A stretch of 64,000 bases of DNA from the human T2T-CHM13v2.0 reference genome, Homo sapiens (GCF_009914755.1 NC_060931.1); one strand, 5' to 3'. Positions 30,867 to 46,685 are shown, numbered from the stretch's first letter. Notes: generated by a model from the letters alone, not told the origin. Made by a program: numbers and translations.

Positions 30867-33092
30867 GTAGGTCCAGGGTTCGCGCCTTCGGGAGCCTTGC
30901 TGCCTCCCAGGTTGGCCTTTCCAATGCAAACAATTTGGATTGTTGTCGCTTTTAACTTAATTTTCAAACCACTTTCTTTTGCAGTTGAGGGAAACAAAAC
31001 AAAATTGTTTTTCAGTCACTGAGCACTTATATGGCCAATTTCAGCCTGGAGTGGATTTTTACAGCCTAATTATGAACCTGTACTGAGTTTCCCTCATAAC
31101 TCTGCCGTGGGCAGTGCTGGGGAGAGGCAGCAGAGGCTGGGGCGGGGCCGAGCTGTGGATGTCAGCTGTGGACACTCCTCTTGGCAGGGGCTCCACACAC
31201 TTCGTGTAGTGCCCCCTTATCTGGCAACACATCCCAGGACCCCAGGGAATGCCTGAAACTGCAGATAAAAGGAGACTACTATAGTTTAAAAAATCCACAG
31301 TGGACCTCATGCCTTACTTCCCTCGGTACTGCCCCGTCTCACTGTTTGCATTGTGGGAGGTAATTAGAGGTTATAGAAAGCCCCGTGCTGGATGGCCCAG
31401 GGTCCCCAGCTCCCTGAGTTTCTGGACCTGAATCACAAGGACGCCTTGCCAGCTTTGTTTTCATGGAACTCTAAATCATCGGTAAATATGTTTTCCCACT
31501 CTGCAGATGTCAAACACATAAAGGTTAGCGCCTTTACATTTTCATTATTAAACAGACTGTAATGAATACATCAGGGAGAGAAATGCGGATCTCTCCCGCC
31601 ACAACACCCACCCTGGGGATCGGAGTGGCTGAAGAAGTGAAACACCTGTAGGTTTTCTTAAGCATCTTTGCTGAGTAACTAAATGAGCCCGAAAGTCCTC
31701 TTAACTGCTGAGTGGAAAGCACTCTCTCCACGTTGCTGAGAGAGTGCCACCCCTGATCCTCGCCTCGCCTCACGGAGAGACGGGAACCCTGCAGAAGGCT
31801 TTGTCCATCCTTCCCTGACACAAGGTCTCAGGCTAGAGGGAGATCCAGGAGGGAATGGGAATGTGGATGTTGTTTCCTTGCAAAACTATCTCCTGCTCCA
31901 GTGTATTCCAGGTTTCCCAGATGAAAGTAAAAATGGGCCTATTAGAAACTGTGTGTAACAGCAGGCCCACTGCAACTGTTCCCTCCTGAAGCAGGCGCTG
32001 GTGAGTCCTGGAATGCCGCTGCTTCCTCTCCCACAGCGCTCCTGTAGACATGCCTTCCTCCTCTGCTTTCCAGCATAATCCCCATAAACAGCCTGGGAGA
32101 GGGCTCAGGGGAGCAACGCTGCTTAAGTCTGAAGTCAGCGTTTGCGTATCTGTGACTTAGTCCTAGTTGGGAGCCTGTGGCCTCCTACAGACATTTATTT
32201 CACCCCAAAATAGGCGTCATAACACACATTCAGAATTTAAAATACTGTTCCCAGCTTCATAGCCAGGGACAGACGTCAGCGGCCCAGAACGACGAACATA
32301 CATCCTTTTATTTTGATATTGATTGTTTCATGCCCATTGCCTCTTACCTGGGAATCGGTCAGTTATTAATTCCAACAAGAAGCTCTCATACTGGCCACAC
32401 ACTTACTTGCCTGTTCGTTTAAGTAAATGTATTTTATGAGGGCCACAACCCTATTATTCAGCAGTTCCACCACACCTAGCTGCTTTTTCAGTTATTGGTG
32501 CCCCGAACCACACACAAGAATTATTATATGCATTTGTGCACACCAACTCTTAATTATCTAGGATGATGCAGGAGAGAGGTGGCATGCCTACGAGAGAAAT
32601 GATTGAGGATACACATGTTATTTCATCAGAAATTGTAACCTCTGTTAGAGTTGGGAGGAACTTCAGGCCGCCTCATCTACCACCTGCTTTGCAGATGTCA
32701 GACCCAGTAAGGGAATCCGAGCTCAGATGAGGGAAATCCTTCCTCTCAACCTGATGTTTGCTCTCAGAGTCATTTAGTGACTGGTCTACTTGTGTCCTGG
32801 TAGGCTGGTTACACTCACACTATTCCTGGCATAGTTCGTGAACCCTGCTTTTGAGTCTTGGAAAGCAGACGGGCAGGGTTTAAAGGGAAGTGTTTGCTCA
32901 AGATCCTTAGGGAGCCACACTACCAGTGACATTCCAAAAGTCATCAGTCCAAAACTTTAGGGGGTTCTAAACCCACGACAGTGTAGCCTGGGTAGTTACT
33001 GCAGCCAGCTGACCCTCGGAATCCTGTGTAACCTGTCACGCACCCAAGGAACACTGTCTTGAGATCTGAATCCCTGTGGTTTTTCCCTTCAG

Positions 33093-33514
<422 letters not shown>

Positions 33515-35959
33515 GAGTGATGGTATTTAAAAGGAGAGAAATAACAATCAAGTTGATGTCTTCCGTGTTTGTTAGATGTTTATGAGGTTAAACAAAAGGC
33601 TGTCTCCAGCAGCCTAGCATTTCCTGAGCCGAGATGATCATGGGCCTCTTGACTGTTTTCTGAGCTACGTACTAAAGGTTTTTCTTATGGAATGAAATTC
33701 ACATTTTTTTAACGTGGAATTTCTTCCATTCGTTTGCGGCTCATGGCGATACCGTTTGTAACCGACCTTCCCTTCCTCTCTGAAATATCAGGCTATGTTG
33801 ATGTGTGTTTGAGAAACAACAGGCTAGTTTTTCAGAGAAGATGCAGACCTAGCCTTGGTTCCCATGTTCCTGGAAACATCTTTCTGCTGCAGCACTTGCA
33901 CCCAATCCTTGTAAGAAGCCGCTGAGATGAAGCGCATGCCCTGGGTCCCGGGGAACGCGTTTACTTCTGACTTTTCAGCATTACAGCCAGCATACCAACT
34001 CTGGTAACACAGATGAAAAGCCTGAATTTTTCCGTTCCCCAAAGCAACAAATTCTATTTTAAAACATCCCAGTTCCTTGACTCATTCACCCTTTCACAGA
34101 GACAAAGTAAGGACTTTCCCTGTGCAGGTGTCGTATGTACAGTGGGGGGTGAGGAATGAATGAGGTGTGCCTGTCCTCAAGTTGCCCACAGTCCCGTAAG
34201 GGAGACACATGTTGAGAGTACAGTGAGATAAGCCATCTGAAAGAGGTTTCATTCAGTGCCTCACACACAGCTCCTTCTGGGTGGGGTCTCTGTGGGTGGA
34301 AGTCTCCTTTTGAGAGGGATCTGGAGATAGGTGGCTTCTAAAGCCTTGGAAGAAGGGAAGGGGGCTGTCCACTCAGCCAAGACCGAATGCTTTCAGCCTT
34401 TGGGAGCACTGACAGCTCCAAGGCTGGGGATGGAGGCTGGGCCGGGTCTTGAGCTACTGTGAGCTCCCTGCTGTGTCCTGGAGAATGTGGCCCTGAGACC
34501 TGGACGTTTTAAACTGGCCTGTTAGAGGCAAGTGCAGCAGCCACAGAACATTGCCCCAGCCCCAGGTTAGCTCTCGGGATATTGCCATACCAGACACCCC
34601 GATTCGGCTAGCCTGTGTTCTAGGTGATTTACGGTAAAGTTATAAACCCAGACTTACAAACAGGTGGTAAAATTCACCACTTTTGCCTGCATTTGATCTT
34701 AGGATTCTAAGACTTGGTTTGAAGAAAGAGTTTCACATCACTAAAAAAAAGTTTGGAGGCCTGTGTTGAACGGCAGCAGGAATTCATCCAAGGTCTTTGA
34801 GTGGGAAAGCTGCGCAATCAGATTTGCCTTGTAGGTAATCACTCCGGCAGCCTGAGAAGGGTGGACGGAAAGTCAGATATTTATTGAGCCCTTGCTTCCC
34901 TGAGAGGGGGCCTGGAGCTTCCTAAGTCTTCTGCACAAGGAGGCTGTGACCTATTTTCGCTTTGCCTCTTTCTTTATGTGATTTCTGGAGTTGCTAGACA
35001 GAAGTGTTTGGCTTTGAGTACGGCATTTCTCAATCAGGTGACCTTTGGAATTGCGGGTTCCTGCTACTAAAATCTCAGTTGAGCAGCCACCTTGGAGGTG
35101 AGCATTTCAGGGCCTGGCCCGGCGGAGAGGGAGCTACGAGCCACATCTGGTGCCTGCGCAGTGAGCCCAGTCTTGGGGTAGGAAATGGTCTGCCCAGCAG
35201 ACAGCTGTGGCGAGGAGATTTGCAGGAGCCCCACCCAGGCAGGCCCTAACCTCAGCACAGCACCCAGGCATCAGCCTTTTCTGGAACAAGCAGGGCTAAT
35301 ATCTGATTACCCGGGAGCTGTCCCCAGCATGCTGTGAAACAAGAAACATTGACAGAGTCACAGGAGTCCACAACAACAGTGTTCCCCGTGAAGAAGCAGG
35401 CTCGCCCCAGCCCCACCTCCACCCTGGCAGGGCCCCTGGCTCCCACTGCCGGCCTCGGTAGACCCTCCCGGCAAGTCCTCACTCTATGGTCACCTCCGTC
35501 CACTCACTGTCAGCTTACCGGGCTGCCAAGGATCAGTTCTGGAGTGCGGAGGCGTGGGAGCAGTGCAGGAGCAAAGCATGTGCTTCATCTGTGCTTCTCT
35601 CTTGCCACAGACGGACGCGTGCTCAGATTCCAGTACTGTGACTTTGACCCAGGGCGTCCTTGCACACGTGGGGAGGCTCTGGCCTCAGCCGGCTCTAGGC
35701 CCCGCCCTCTGCCTGACACCCACTTCAGGGCATCTGCCCTTTCTGAGGACTCACGCCGATGTCCTCTGTAGCCCCGGGTCCTCACTGCCCCGCTCCCTGC
35801 ACGTGTCTACCTGGTGAGGCTTCTCCTCAGCACGCCCGCCGGAGTGAGGCCCGCTGTCCACTGAGCCCATCAGCTGGTTTTATCATCTGTCGTTTACTTT
35901 CCAGACTGTCTCTGACATTTCTTTTTCCGATGACAAGAGCACTATAAAATGATAATTGA

Positions 35960-36250
35960 GGCCACAATGAAATCCCATTTCACATTCGCCAGATTTGGCA
36001 CCATAAGTAGCTGTGATAATGCCAAGTTTACATGAGGATCTGGAGAAACAAGACCCCTACACCCTTGCCAGGAGCGGGAGTTTGTGCATCCACTTTGGGG
36101 AGTGCTCACCAGGAAAGGTGAGCGCATTCACACTGCACCCCAGACGCTCTGCACTTCCAGGCCTTCGCCCTAGAGAAATTCTTGCCTGTGTGCACAAGGA
36201 GAAACGTACAAGGATGTTCATTACAGATTCACTGAAATAGCAAGAAAGAA
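35960..36250 (+). mobile_element. Ancient L1 (L1ME/MC-like) fragment
   Basis: ccctagagaaattcttgc...tgtgcacaaggaga...tacaaggatgttcatt. Confidence 0.65.
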
Positions 36251-36364
36251 AGCAGCTGTCGTCTGCACAAGTCAGATGGCACGAACCTTGGGGCTGCCTG
36301 CTTTTCCTTTCCCCTGTGTTTTCAACACTGCATCACGGACAAGTAGGCCGGCAGCCTGGGTAAC

Positions 36365-36548
36365 GTTTTGGACTCAGATCTCAGCCTATGCTTATTAGCT
36401 GAGTGAATTTATGCGTGTTTCTTAGCATTCCCATGCCTCAGTTTCCCCATCCCTCAAAGGGGAAGCACATTCGTGCCTCCCTCACTGGTTAGAGTTGCAC
36501 TTAGAACAGTGCCTGCCACATAGTGAGTGCTGAGTAAACGTTAGCTTC
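36365..36548 (+). mobile_element. MIR fragment
   Basis: tgcctcagtttccccat...gcacttagaacagtgcctgccacatagtgagtgct. Confidence 0.7.
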
Positions 36549-37861
36549 CGTATCAGATCGAATATTTCATCGTTTCCCTGGCACCAGAGGAGGCTGGAGG
36601 CTCCCTGGACTTGAGAGCTCATCCTAGACCATTGGGGGCTCAGCCTGGTCCTAGTATTCCCGTTGCATGCAGCAGTGGTGTGCTGCCTTGATTTGTCCTC
36701 CATAACTCTGGTTGCTGAAGCAGAGGCTTCTTGCCGACAAGAGAAAGAAAACTTAGAAGGCTGCTTGGGTTACAGAGTGTTCCTAAAGTGCGTCGGGAGG
36801 TATGGATCTTGATTTGTGGTCACTGAAAGCCACTGAAGCCCAAGTGAGGAGAAGGATAATCACTTAAATACTTTGAGCCCTCCAACCGTGCTGAACGCTG
36901 CTGAATCACACAGCACCGTGTCTACCTGCGAGGCAGACAACGTCACTGCCGAGCCTCCTCTGTCATGCAGCATTGGCTTGTAATTGTAATGCATGTTGTC
37001 CGGGTAACCTGTCATCCATGGGTCATTACAGCCGGCACACCACACGGCGGAGGCTGCAGGAAGACAGGAAGACAATTCCTGCAAATTCAGATGGGTGTTC
37101 ACAGGGGAGAAAGCAAAACATCTTTTCGTCTGACTCACTTTACATCCAGAGACCTTGAATCAATGTTCCCACTCTGGCAGCTTGGCCTTCTGAGTACATA
37201 AACACCTCTGCCGCCCGAGCTTTTGTAATCTATATCAAAACATGTTCTTGCATTTCCAAAAGAGATTAACAGCGTGAACCACAGCAGGCACCTAGAGGAG
37301 AAAACACTTGCTTATTTGCGTAAATATTTTACTGTGGAGTGCTTTTAGCATTTAGAACTTTTCTTTGGGGGGATGGGGTTGGAACCCCCTGAGTACAGAC
37401 GTCCCTCCCTCACCCACCAGCTGACACCACATGGCCTTGACTGGTATTACGCTAACGTGATGATGCGTGAGCTCTTCAGACCCACTTGGGCCTGCCCTGG
37501 CCAGACACGCGGGATCCCGCCCTGCCAGCAGGAGGGCCTAACATTTACCTTTAAGCTTATTACGAAGGGTGTGCGGGAACTCTGCGGAGAATCAGGAGCT
37601 CCAGCAAGTATGATCCCTGTTGGCAGATTCAGCGTTTTGATCCCCAGCCCTTGGATGGATAAGCTGCAAAACCCACAGGCCACGGCATCTAGGCTCGGCC
37701 AGCGTGGGCGTCCTGGGGCGATTCAGTGGCTTGCGGGTTCTCTGACCCACTTGCCCACCAACAGCAGCTGCAGAGAGATCGGCAGCACGTGCCCCAGATG
37801 GTCGTGCTTTGGAGTCATGAGCGCTGGGGTCCCAGTGATGCTCACTGAACAGCAACTCTCA

Positions 37862-38164
<303 letters not shown>

Positions 38165-39231
38165 CTACAAGGCTTCCAGTATCCAGCCTCAGCTCCTTAG
38201 TGCCACCTTCTTGTGTCTCGAGCAGTGGACGGTTCTGGAACTTGTCTCAGGCCCGTGGCGCAGTCCCTTTCTGGATTCTGATTGTCTAAATGCGCAGTGC
38301 CACCTCCGTCTTCCAGGTGTATTCAGAAACCCACTCAGGCCTCTCACTTGATGTTTTTAATCTTCCATTTGGATCAATGTGTCTCGTACTTGGCCTTGCT
38401 CCTTTTAATGATCATATTATCATAATTCACCCATACCCTTAAAAACAGGGCTCCTCGTAAGCCGCATTTTACTGCTGCTATTGATTCGGCCTGTTCATTC
38501 CTCCCTCGCACACGCCGCCGTCTTCTGGCCTTGCGTCGCTGAAGTGCAGCGCACTGATGTTTCTGATCTCGCTGTAACCGTAATTACATAACTAGCCTTT
38601 TCCACAGAAACGCTCTTATCTCTGAACACCATCTATCATTATTCTCTAAAAATGCAAGGACTGCTACTCAGCTGCTCCTTTGTGCCATTTATGTACAGAA
38701 AAAAAGCTGTCTTCTATTGTCCATCGAGTCTAGGACTTTTTAAACGTGTCAAGGTGAGCTATAGGCATTCATCTTTATGTTCAGCAGACCGTGGTGTGGC
38801 GACCAGCTGATATTATCTTTATTTTAGGGCAAATAATAGGAAGGTACAAATAGAACACACAGGCCAAGGAGTTTTCTTCCAGTGCCTAGGGAACCAGATC
38901 AGAGAGAGAAGAAGAACCCAGATTTCTGCAATTAGCAGGGATGCCGTCGTGCTTTGCAATCTGCATACATTATCTCACTGGGGCTTTGCCAGGCCTGCAT
39001 CCTAAAGGTCAGGGGAGGGGAGGGCGACCCCACTGCAAACTCCCCCCTTCCTACTTGGGTCCAGCGGCACTGCCACGCAGTGCACTATTAAACAGTCATT
39101 AAAATTCATGCTTCTAAAGGGAAAACATGCTTTTGTTATGTTGTGCAGAAATCGCAGAATGAAAAACTCGTACTGAGTGTGGAAATCCGGGTTTGTTGAG
39201 TACTCATATGCGTAGAAAAATGATTACCAAA

Positions 39232-39582
39232 GGCCAGGCGTGGTGGCTCATGCCTGTAATCCCAGCACTTTGGGAGGCTGAGAAGGGTGGATCCACGTGA
39301 GGTCAGGAGTTCGAGACCAGCCTGGCCAACATGGTGAAACCCCGTTTCTACTAAAAATACAAAAATTAGCTGGGCATGTTGGCACACACCTGTAATCCCA
39401 CCTACTTGGGAGGCTGAGGCAGGAGAAGCATTTGAACCTGGGAGGCAGAGGTTGCAGTATAGCCGAGATCATACCATTACACTCCAGCCTGGGCAACAAT
39501 AGTGAAACTCTGTGTCAAAAAAAAAAAAAGAGAGAAAAAGAAAGAAGAAGGAAGGAGGGAAGGAAAAGAAAAGAAAAGAAAA
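39232..39582 (+). mobile_element. AluS-like element with GA-rich tail
   Basis: Alu consensus. Confidence 0.9.
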
Positions 39583-40116
39583 TTGATGACTAAAAAAAGT
39601 CCCAAGACAGCTACAGTTATCTCTGAGTGGCAGCATGGTCCTCCTGCAGACCAGCATACCATCACCCCAGCTTCCAGGCCATCACCTGGGACTCTGCCCA
39701 GGGGCTTTCTGTGGCTGCCGGAGCCTGCTAGGTTTTGAGGACTGGGCCATACATTCAAGGGGTGCCCCCAACAGCCCTTAGCCAACCGCTGAGAGGCAGT
39801 GGGCGCACACTGCAGCTCCCCCCGTGTCATGTGTTGGGGACGAGGCTAACAGGTTCTCCACCGGCCCCCACAGTGGGAGGAGCCCAGCCCCACGGCCCCT
39901 GCCTTGATGCACACACGTTCATCAGCTTCTTCTCCGTCTCACTTCTCTACCCACCCCCCCCTTTCCTGGAGTGACCTCCCAAATCGCCACTTGCACTCCA
40001 GTCCTGGCCTCAAGGTCTGTTCGTGGGGCACCCACCCTAGGGCCAAAGGTGATTTCATGGGTTTTTTTTTCCTGCTTTTTTTGGGTGGCTTTTATACAAA
40101 AGAAGCATCTATCTAT

Positions 40117-40528
40117 CTGTATGTATAAACAACTATATATGTGTGTATATATGTACGTGTGTGTGTATATGTGTGTGTGTATATATGTGTGTGTGTATGT
40201 ATATATGTGTGTGTATATGTGTGTATATGTATATATGTGTGTGTATATGTGTGTGTATATATGTGTGTGTATATGTATATATGTGTGTGTATATGTGTGT
40301 GTGTATATATGTGTGTGTATATGTATATATGTGTGTGTATATGTGTGTGTATATGTATATATGTGTGTATATGTGTGTGTATATGTATATATGTGTGTGT
40401 ATATGTATATATGTGTGTGTATATGTGTGTGTATATGTGTGTGTATATGTGTGTGTGTATGTGTTTGTGTGTGTATGTGTGTGTGTATATGTGTGTGTGT
40501 GTGTATGTGTGTGTGTGTGTGTGTGTAT
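40117..40528. repeat. Compound (TG)n/(TA)n alternating purine-pyrimidine microsatellite, ~410 bp
   Basis: Read directly. Confidence 0.97.
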
Positions 40529-41588
40529 AATCTTGAAAAGCTGAAGCCCCAGGAGCGCTATGGGACTGAGGGGCTGAGAGCTTTAGCACCGCATCAGAGG
40601 GCCTCGCCCTGCGCTGTCTGGGCTGTCTTGGAGCTGGGTGGAGCCCTCGGGACTCAGGCAGGGAGAGTCCATCGATGGGAAGGATCTGGTAATGGGGCAG
40701 GGCCCCAGGCCTCCCTGAACAACAAGACCCCACTGTTCTCCCATGAGCCTATTCATTGTGCACCTCTGGGCCAGCTCTGCAAACGGTGATTCCTGCCAGG
40801 CCCACACTCTGGAAGTGTGACCTCCAGAGTGCCTTGTCCCCCTGTCACCACCTCCCCGGGAGCACACAGGTTCCCTTCCTCGTGCTCCGGCTGCTGCAGA
40901 CAGTGGCGCTGCTCCTGCAGGCCTTCTCTGCCGCCCCGCTCCACCCCAGCCTGCACCTCACAGGCTGCTCGTCCCCCTCTCAGATCGGTGGCTTTGCCTC
41001 TGGCCCCCGCTGCATAGCGCTCTCCCTGGGCCCACCTCAGCTGACCTCTTTCCTGATGTTACTCCCCAAGGCTCTTCCCGAGGACTCTCTTTCTTTGGCA
41101 CTTTCTGGAACAATTCAGCCTCCCCAGATGGGAGCCCTCACATGCTGGAGGCGTGGCTCTGGAGCTGGGCCCAAGTGGGACCCCCGGCCCCACGATGAGG
41201 GGCTGTTTCTTGATGTTTTGCAGTTTCCCCCACTCTGTGTCGGTCACCTTCAGAATGTCCTGCTGAGTGACTTTCTCTGAATTGTTTTCTGTTTTTTTCT
41301 CCCTTTTCTTTAATCATCAGAATCCCATCATACTGCAGCAGGGGGGGAGCTGAGGCCAACAGCAGGGTATCCTGGGAAGAGCTGGGGCTCGATGCCGAGG
41401 GACCCCAGCCCTGCCCTGTTTACTGTGTGCTCGTGGGCACCCAGCCCCTCCTTGCCTGCAAATGTGAAATGGAAACAGGAATATCTGCCTGGGGAATGTC
41501 ATGAAGTCTTAATATGGTAGCTATGAAGTGCCTGGAATATAGAGGCCCCTAATAAGCTGTGTCTCCATTTTAAAAAATGATTAATAGA

Positions 41589-41712
41589 GTCCAGACACAG
41601 TGGCTCATACCTGCAATCCCAGCACTTTGAGAGGCTGAGGCAGAAGGATCGCTTGAGCCGAGGAGTTCAAGACCAGCCTGTGCAACATAGTGAGACCCCA
41701 TCTCTATTTTAA
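41589..41712 (+). mobile_element. FLAM / Alu left-arm monomer
   Basis: Monomer flanked on both sides by aaaaaatgattaata. Confidence 0.8.
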
Positions 41713-42454
41713 ATTTTTAAAAAAATGATTAATACCAAGAGATGAGAACTGAGAGTCAGGCAGAGATTAGAATTTGCCTGAGGGCTGGGTCAGGAGCCAG
41801 GTCTCCCGGCTCCCTGCTGTCTAGTCAGGAGCTTCTGAGAGAGAGGCAAGGACCACACACGAAAAACAATCCACAAACCCGAGGCAGTGTATCCTCCAAG
41901 GCAAGTGAGGTGAGGCCCACGTGGGGCAGTGAAGGGGCAAGTGCATAACCACATGATGGAAGCCTGTGTAGTCTGCGGCATGGCCAAAGGCAGGGCTCAC
42001 CTTGGAGGACAGAAGAGTCAGGTGGGGCCATTGATAGAAAGGAGGGTCTGTAAGCAAACCTCAGACAGCTTGGCAAGAAGAAACCAGTTCCCACATAATC
42101 CCCAAATCCTGTGATCCACAAGGAGTGCCTTTGAACAACATCTTCATTTCATCTCAGGATTATTACCTCTAGCAATGGAATAATCTGGGCAGAGATAAAA
42201 CATGGTGAAACAGTAAAGATTAAACAATAATGAAAACACGTCTGTAACCATGCCCTGCTCCTGAAAGTAAATAATACCTCATTAATTCAGACATAGTCAC
42301 TGAAAGGCAATTTGGATTTTGAGCGAGAAGTCTTAATCTCACACAACTCTCCAACATATTAAGTAATGAATCAAGGGAACTCAGGTAGGCTGGTGGGATC
42401 CATAGGAAAGGCATGTTCCTGGCCATCGGGGATGCTGGGGAAGGCCCTCGTTAG

Positions 42455-42824
<370 letters not shown>

Positions 42825-43067
42825 GGATAGGCATGTTTTTTCACACGGTGAAGAAGAAATCTTTTTAGCCACTTGTGCAAAATCAGTGAGATGATCCCAC
42901 CTCGACAGTGTGGAGGGAGCAGGCTGAACCCTACGCATACATACATGAGTCTGTTTTTAATGCAAACTTGATTTTTGCTGCCTTAGCGAAAGATTCGTAT
43001 CTCTTCATCTCTAGGAACGATATTCAGATGCCTGAACTTAACACTGGGTTACACATCATTCTTGGTG

Positions 43068-43568
<501 letters not shown>

Positions 43569-46490
43569 TGAGCCATGTGAATGTTACACAGCTCAAGAAA
43601 TCATAACAATATTGAATGTCTTTAGACAAAAGGCAGCTTAAGCCTAGAAGGTCTCCAAGATGAACATTGATTATGTGGCCAGAGATGCTTTTTCCAGGCA
43701 GAACACAGCCGCCCAGAGACCTCAGAATTAGGGTCATTCTCCCAGCCCCGAGGAAGCAGGACATTGTTGGGGAATTTACATTTTAAGGGGGAACTCCGAC
43801 CCAGGGAGTCCTGTTCTGAGGCACACGCTGTAGGTAGTTAACTCAATCAGGCATTGCAAAGTTGGGGGTGTCACTCCTCAGGGCTGGGCTAGGGGCTTGG
43901 CCATGTCTGTTCTGGGCCCCTGTGCTGCTTCCGGTGGGCATTCAGCACCCTGTCCTGGAGCTGCAGGGGCCTAAGGCACCACGCCCGTATCAGTGCCTGT
44001 GGACAGGTCCGGGGAATAAGGTTCCATGGAGGCTGTGAGGAATGATAACTCTGTGGTCATACCGGCCACCACAGGGTGAGGAACTGCTAGGGAAGGGGTC
44101 TTGCCAGCTGGAGGAGGGAGGAGAAGTCGTGACTGCAATTGTTTTATAATAATATTAAAGCCAGGAGCAACCAGGCATGGCTGTGCCAGCCAGGTCATTA
44201 CCACCGTGAGCCCCCAGAGCCCTCCTGGCACCCCGTGAGGTGTCCTGCCATATCCTTGCACCATGTAGTCCAGCAAACTGAGGCTGGGAGAGGCTGCATG
44301 GCTCATCCACGGTCACACAGTGAATGATTGGCAGAGCGGGATTCCAGCCCAGAGGTGCACCCCCAAAGGTGTGTCCTTCCTTTGAAGGGCCCGCTAGCTT
44401 CTATTGGAGAGGATGCTTCTGCGCAGTGGGCCCTGGGGTCCGTGGTTCCGAGCAACGGGGACCTGGCGAGGGGATGCTCTCCCTTTGCTCACAGATCGGC
44501 ATGGGTGTTTGCTTCTCCCAGGAAGAGTAGGCACCCATGGGGCTCCAGCCCGACTCTCTCGTCACTTTCTCGCTGGGGACCCCTCTTGGAGCTTCACGGC
44601 CTCGTCCTCATCCTTGTCTTGTATGCTTCCTGACAGGCCTGCGGCGAGGGTCTGGCATGGGAAGCGTTGCAGGGATGCAGCAGGGTCCCTGGATGTGCCT
44701 AGCAGTGTAGCCGCTGTGGTCACACTCTCCTCACCGTCAGAGTGCGGGGCGGCCAGGAGCCCCGAAGCCTCAGACTGAGCTTCCATTGTGTGTGCACGGC
44801 TGACTCCCTACTCTCACTGTGCAAGGGTCGGGGAAACGGGAGGCCTGTGGGAAGAGCTGGCCCTCTCCCTACTCTCACTACACAGGGGTGTGGGGGAAGG
44901 GGAGGCGTGGGGGAAGGGGAGGCCGGGGGAAAGAGCTGGCCGCCGTCTCTAGGCTGCCCTCGGTCAGTCAGTGACTGGGAAGGAACAGGAGTCTAGCAGG
45001 GACACCCTTGCCAGAGACCTGAGGCCAGCAGGGCCACATCCAGGAAGTCTCAGAACTCCCGGTCCCCATTGTGGGGAAGACAGCCCGTCCACTGGAGGCA
45101 GGGCAGCGGCTGCGACAGCCACTCTGGGGGCCTAAGTTCAGGGTCCTGCAGACACCTGGGCCTAGAGGTGGCGGCGTCATGGACAGGGCAGGGCGTGTGT
45201 CCCTGTCTGTGTGGCGGTGATGACGGTGCTGATGGTGAGCAGTGATGCCTGGGGCCTGATGTGAGGATGCCCTTGAGGTCTGATCTCCGTGTAATTGTCC
45301 TCCCACCTCCCAGATGGCGGGCTGGGGAGGGGTTTGTTAAATGCGTGGATGAGTGACAAGGCGCAGGAGCTGGGAGGATGCCTGTGAGCTCCGTCGTTCA
45401 TGAACCAGAGACCTGAGAGCAGGAAGAGCTGAGAGAGGGAGGGGTTCACCCGGAACAGAGGCTGAGGGCAGGGGGCAAGCAGCGTGGGGTCGCCCGGCAG
45501 CTCCTCCCCACAGAGGGTGAGCCACCAGTGCAGAGGCCACTCCACGAAGAGGCAGCACTGATGAGACCGGAGCGCGGCTCTGTTCCCCCCGTGCGTCCTC
45601 CCTTGTTTAACTCCAGCAGTTGATTTTTTTTGGAAGCCACAGCGCCCCGTCATTTCTGGTTTTAATCAGCGCAGGAGCTCAGCCGCTGGACCACACGTTG
45701 TCTGTGAGCCAGGCAGGGTGCGGACTGGAGCTGCAGAGTTAACAAGGTTCCTCCAGATGCCAGCGGGGGAGGCCTGGGGCGGCCAGTGGAGAGGAGTGAT
45801 CGTTAATAAGGAACGTCTGGTCAACCCCAAGCCCCTCCCAGCGGAGGAACTGAGCAAGCCAGGAGCCCTCCCTCAACTGGGCAGCACAGGGGGATTCTGT
45901 AAGCAGAGCTGCCCTGGCGGAGCTGCTCGGGAGGGGTGGGGCCAAAGAAGGGGCCGGATGGACGTTGCTGGGGTCCCTGGAGGGAGCTGGGGGGTCAGAG
46001 GTGCAGGCAGACAGGGAAGACAAAGGAGGGAAGGAGGAGTGGCCGCTGTGGAGCTGCTGTCCTGCCTGGGCAGGCCATGCTGTCTTTTGCAAGAATTAAA
46101 CGACTTCCTAAGAGAGCGACGGGGAGAGCCAGACTGCAGGAGGGAGGGAGAGGCAGAGACTGAGAAGCCACAGCCCTCTGGGGAGCAGGGAGGGACTGGG
46201 TCCCTGTGGCATGCTCGCCTCGTGCCCGCATCCTAAGGAAAGATGAACCCGTGTTCACACCTTGTTCTGGTGAAGGATGGAGCAGGAAACAAGCTTCACA
46301 GGGAAATCCACGTGGGGCCCCACCATTCATCACAGCCATGAGACCACCCTTTCAGTGCACAGGCAGTGACCTCCAGAGACGGGGAAGAGACAGATGGCCT
46401 TCCAGGGGTCAGCACAGGGTGTGGGCACAGGGCTTCCCTGTGCCGTGGGTGACTGGCTCAGCAGCTGTCTCCCATGTCACCTGCCTGCAG

Positions 46491-46685
46491 GGTACCAGAT
46501 TGCCTACCGCCTGGCCAGCAGCAGCCCCCACACCTTCACCACCGTGGAGGTCGGCGCCACAGTGAGGCAGTTCACAGCCACCGACCTGGCCCCGGAGTCC
46601 GCATACATCTTCAGGCTGTCCGCCAAGACGAGGCAGGGCTGGGGGGAGCCACTGGAGGCCACCGTCATCACCACCGAGAAGAGAG
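46491..46685 (+). CDS. SDK1: SDK1 coding exon (195 nt, phase 1-1): GYQIAYRLASSSPHTFTTVEVG...LEATVITTEKR
   Basis: Acceptor cctgcctgcag|GG; donor GAG|gtaaga. Confidence 0.96.

Noticed and set aside
39971-40789. Cys/Val/Tyr-rich and His/Thr-rich ORFs
   Set aside because: Translations of the TG/TA microsatellite.
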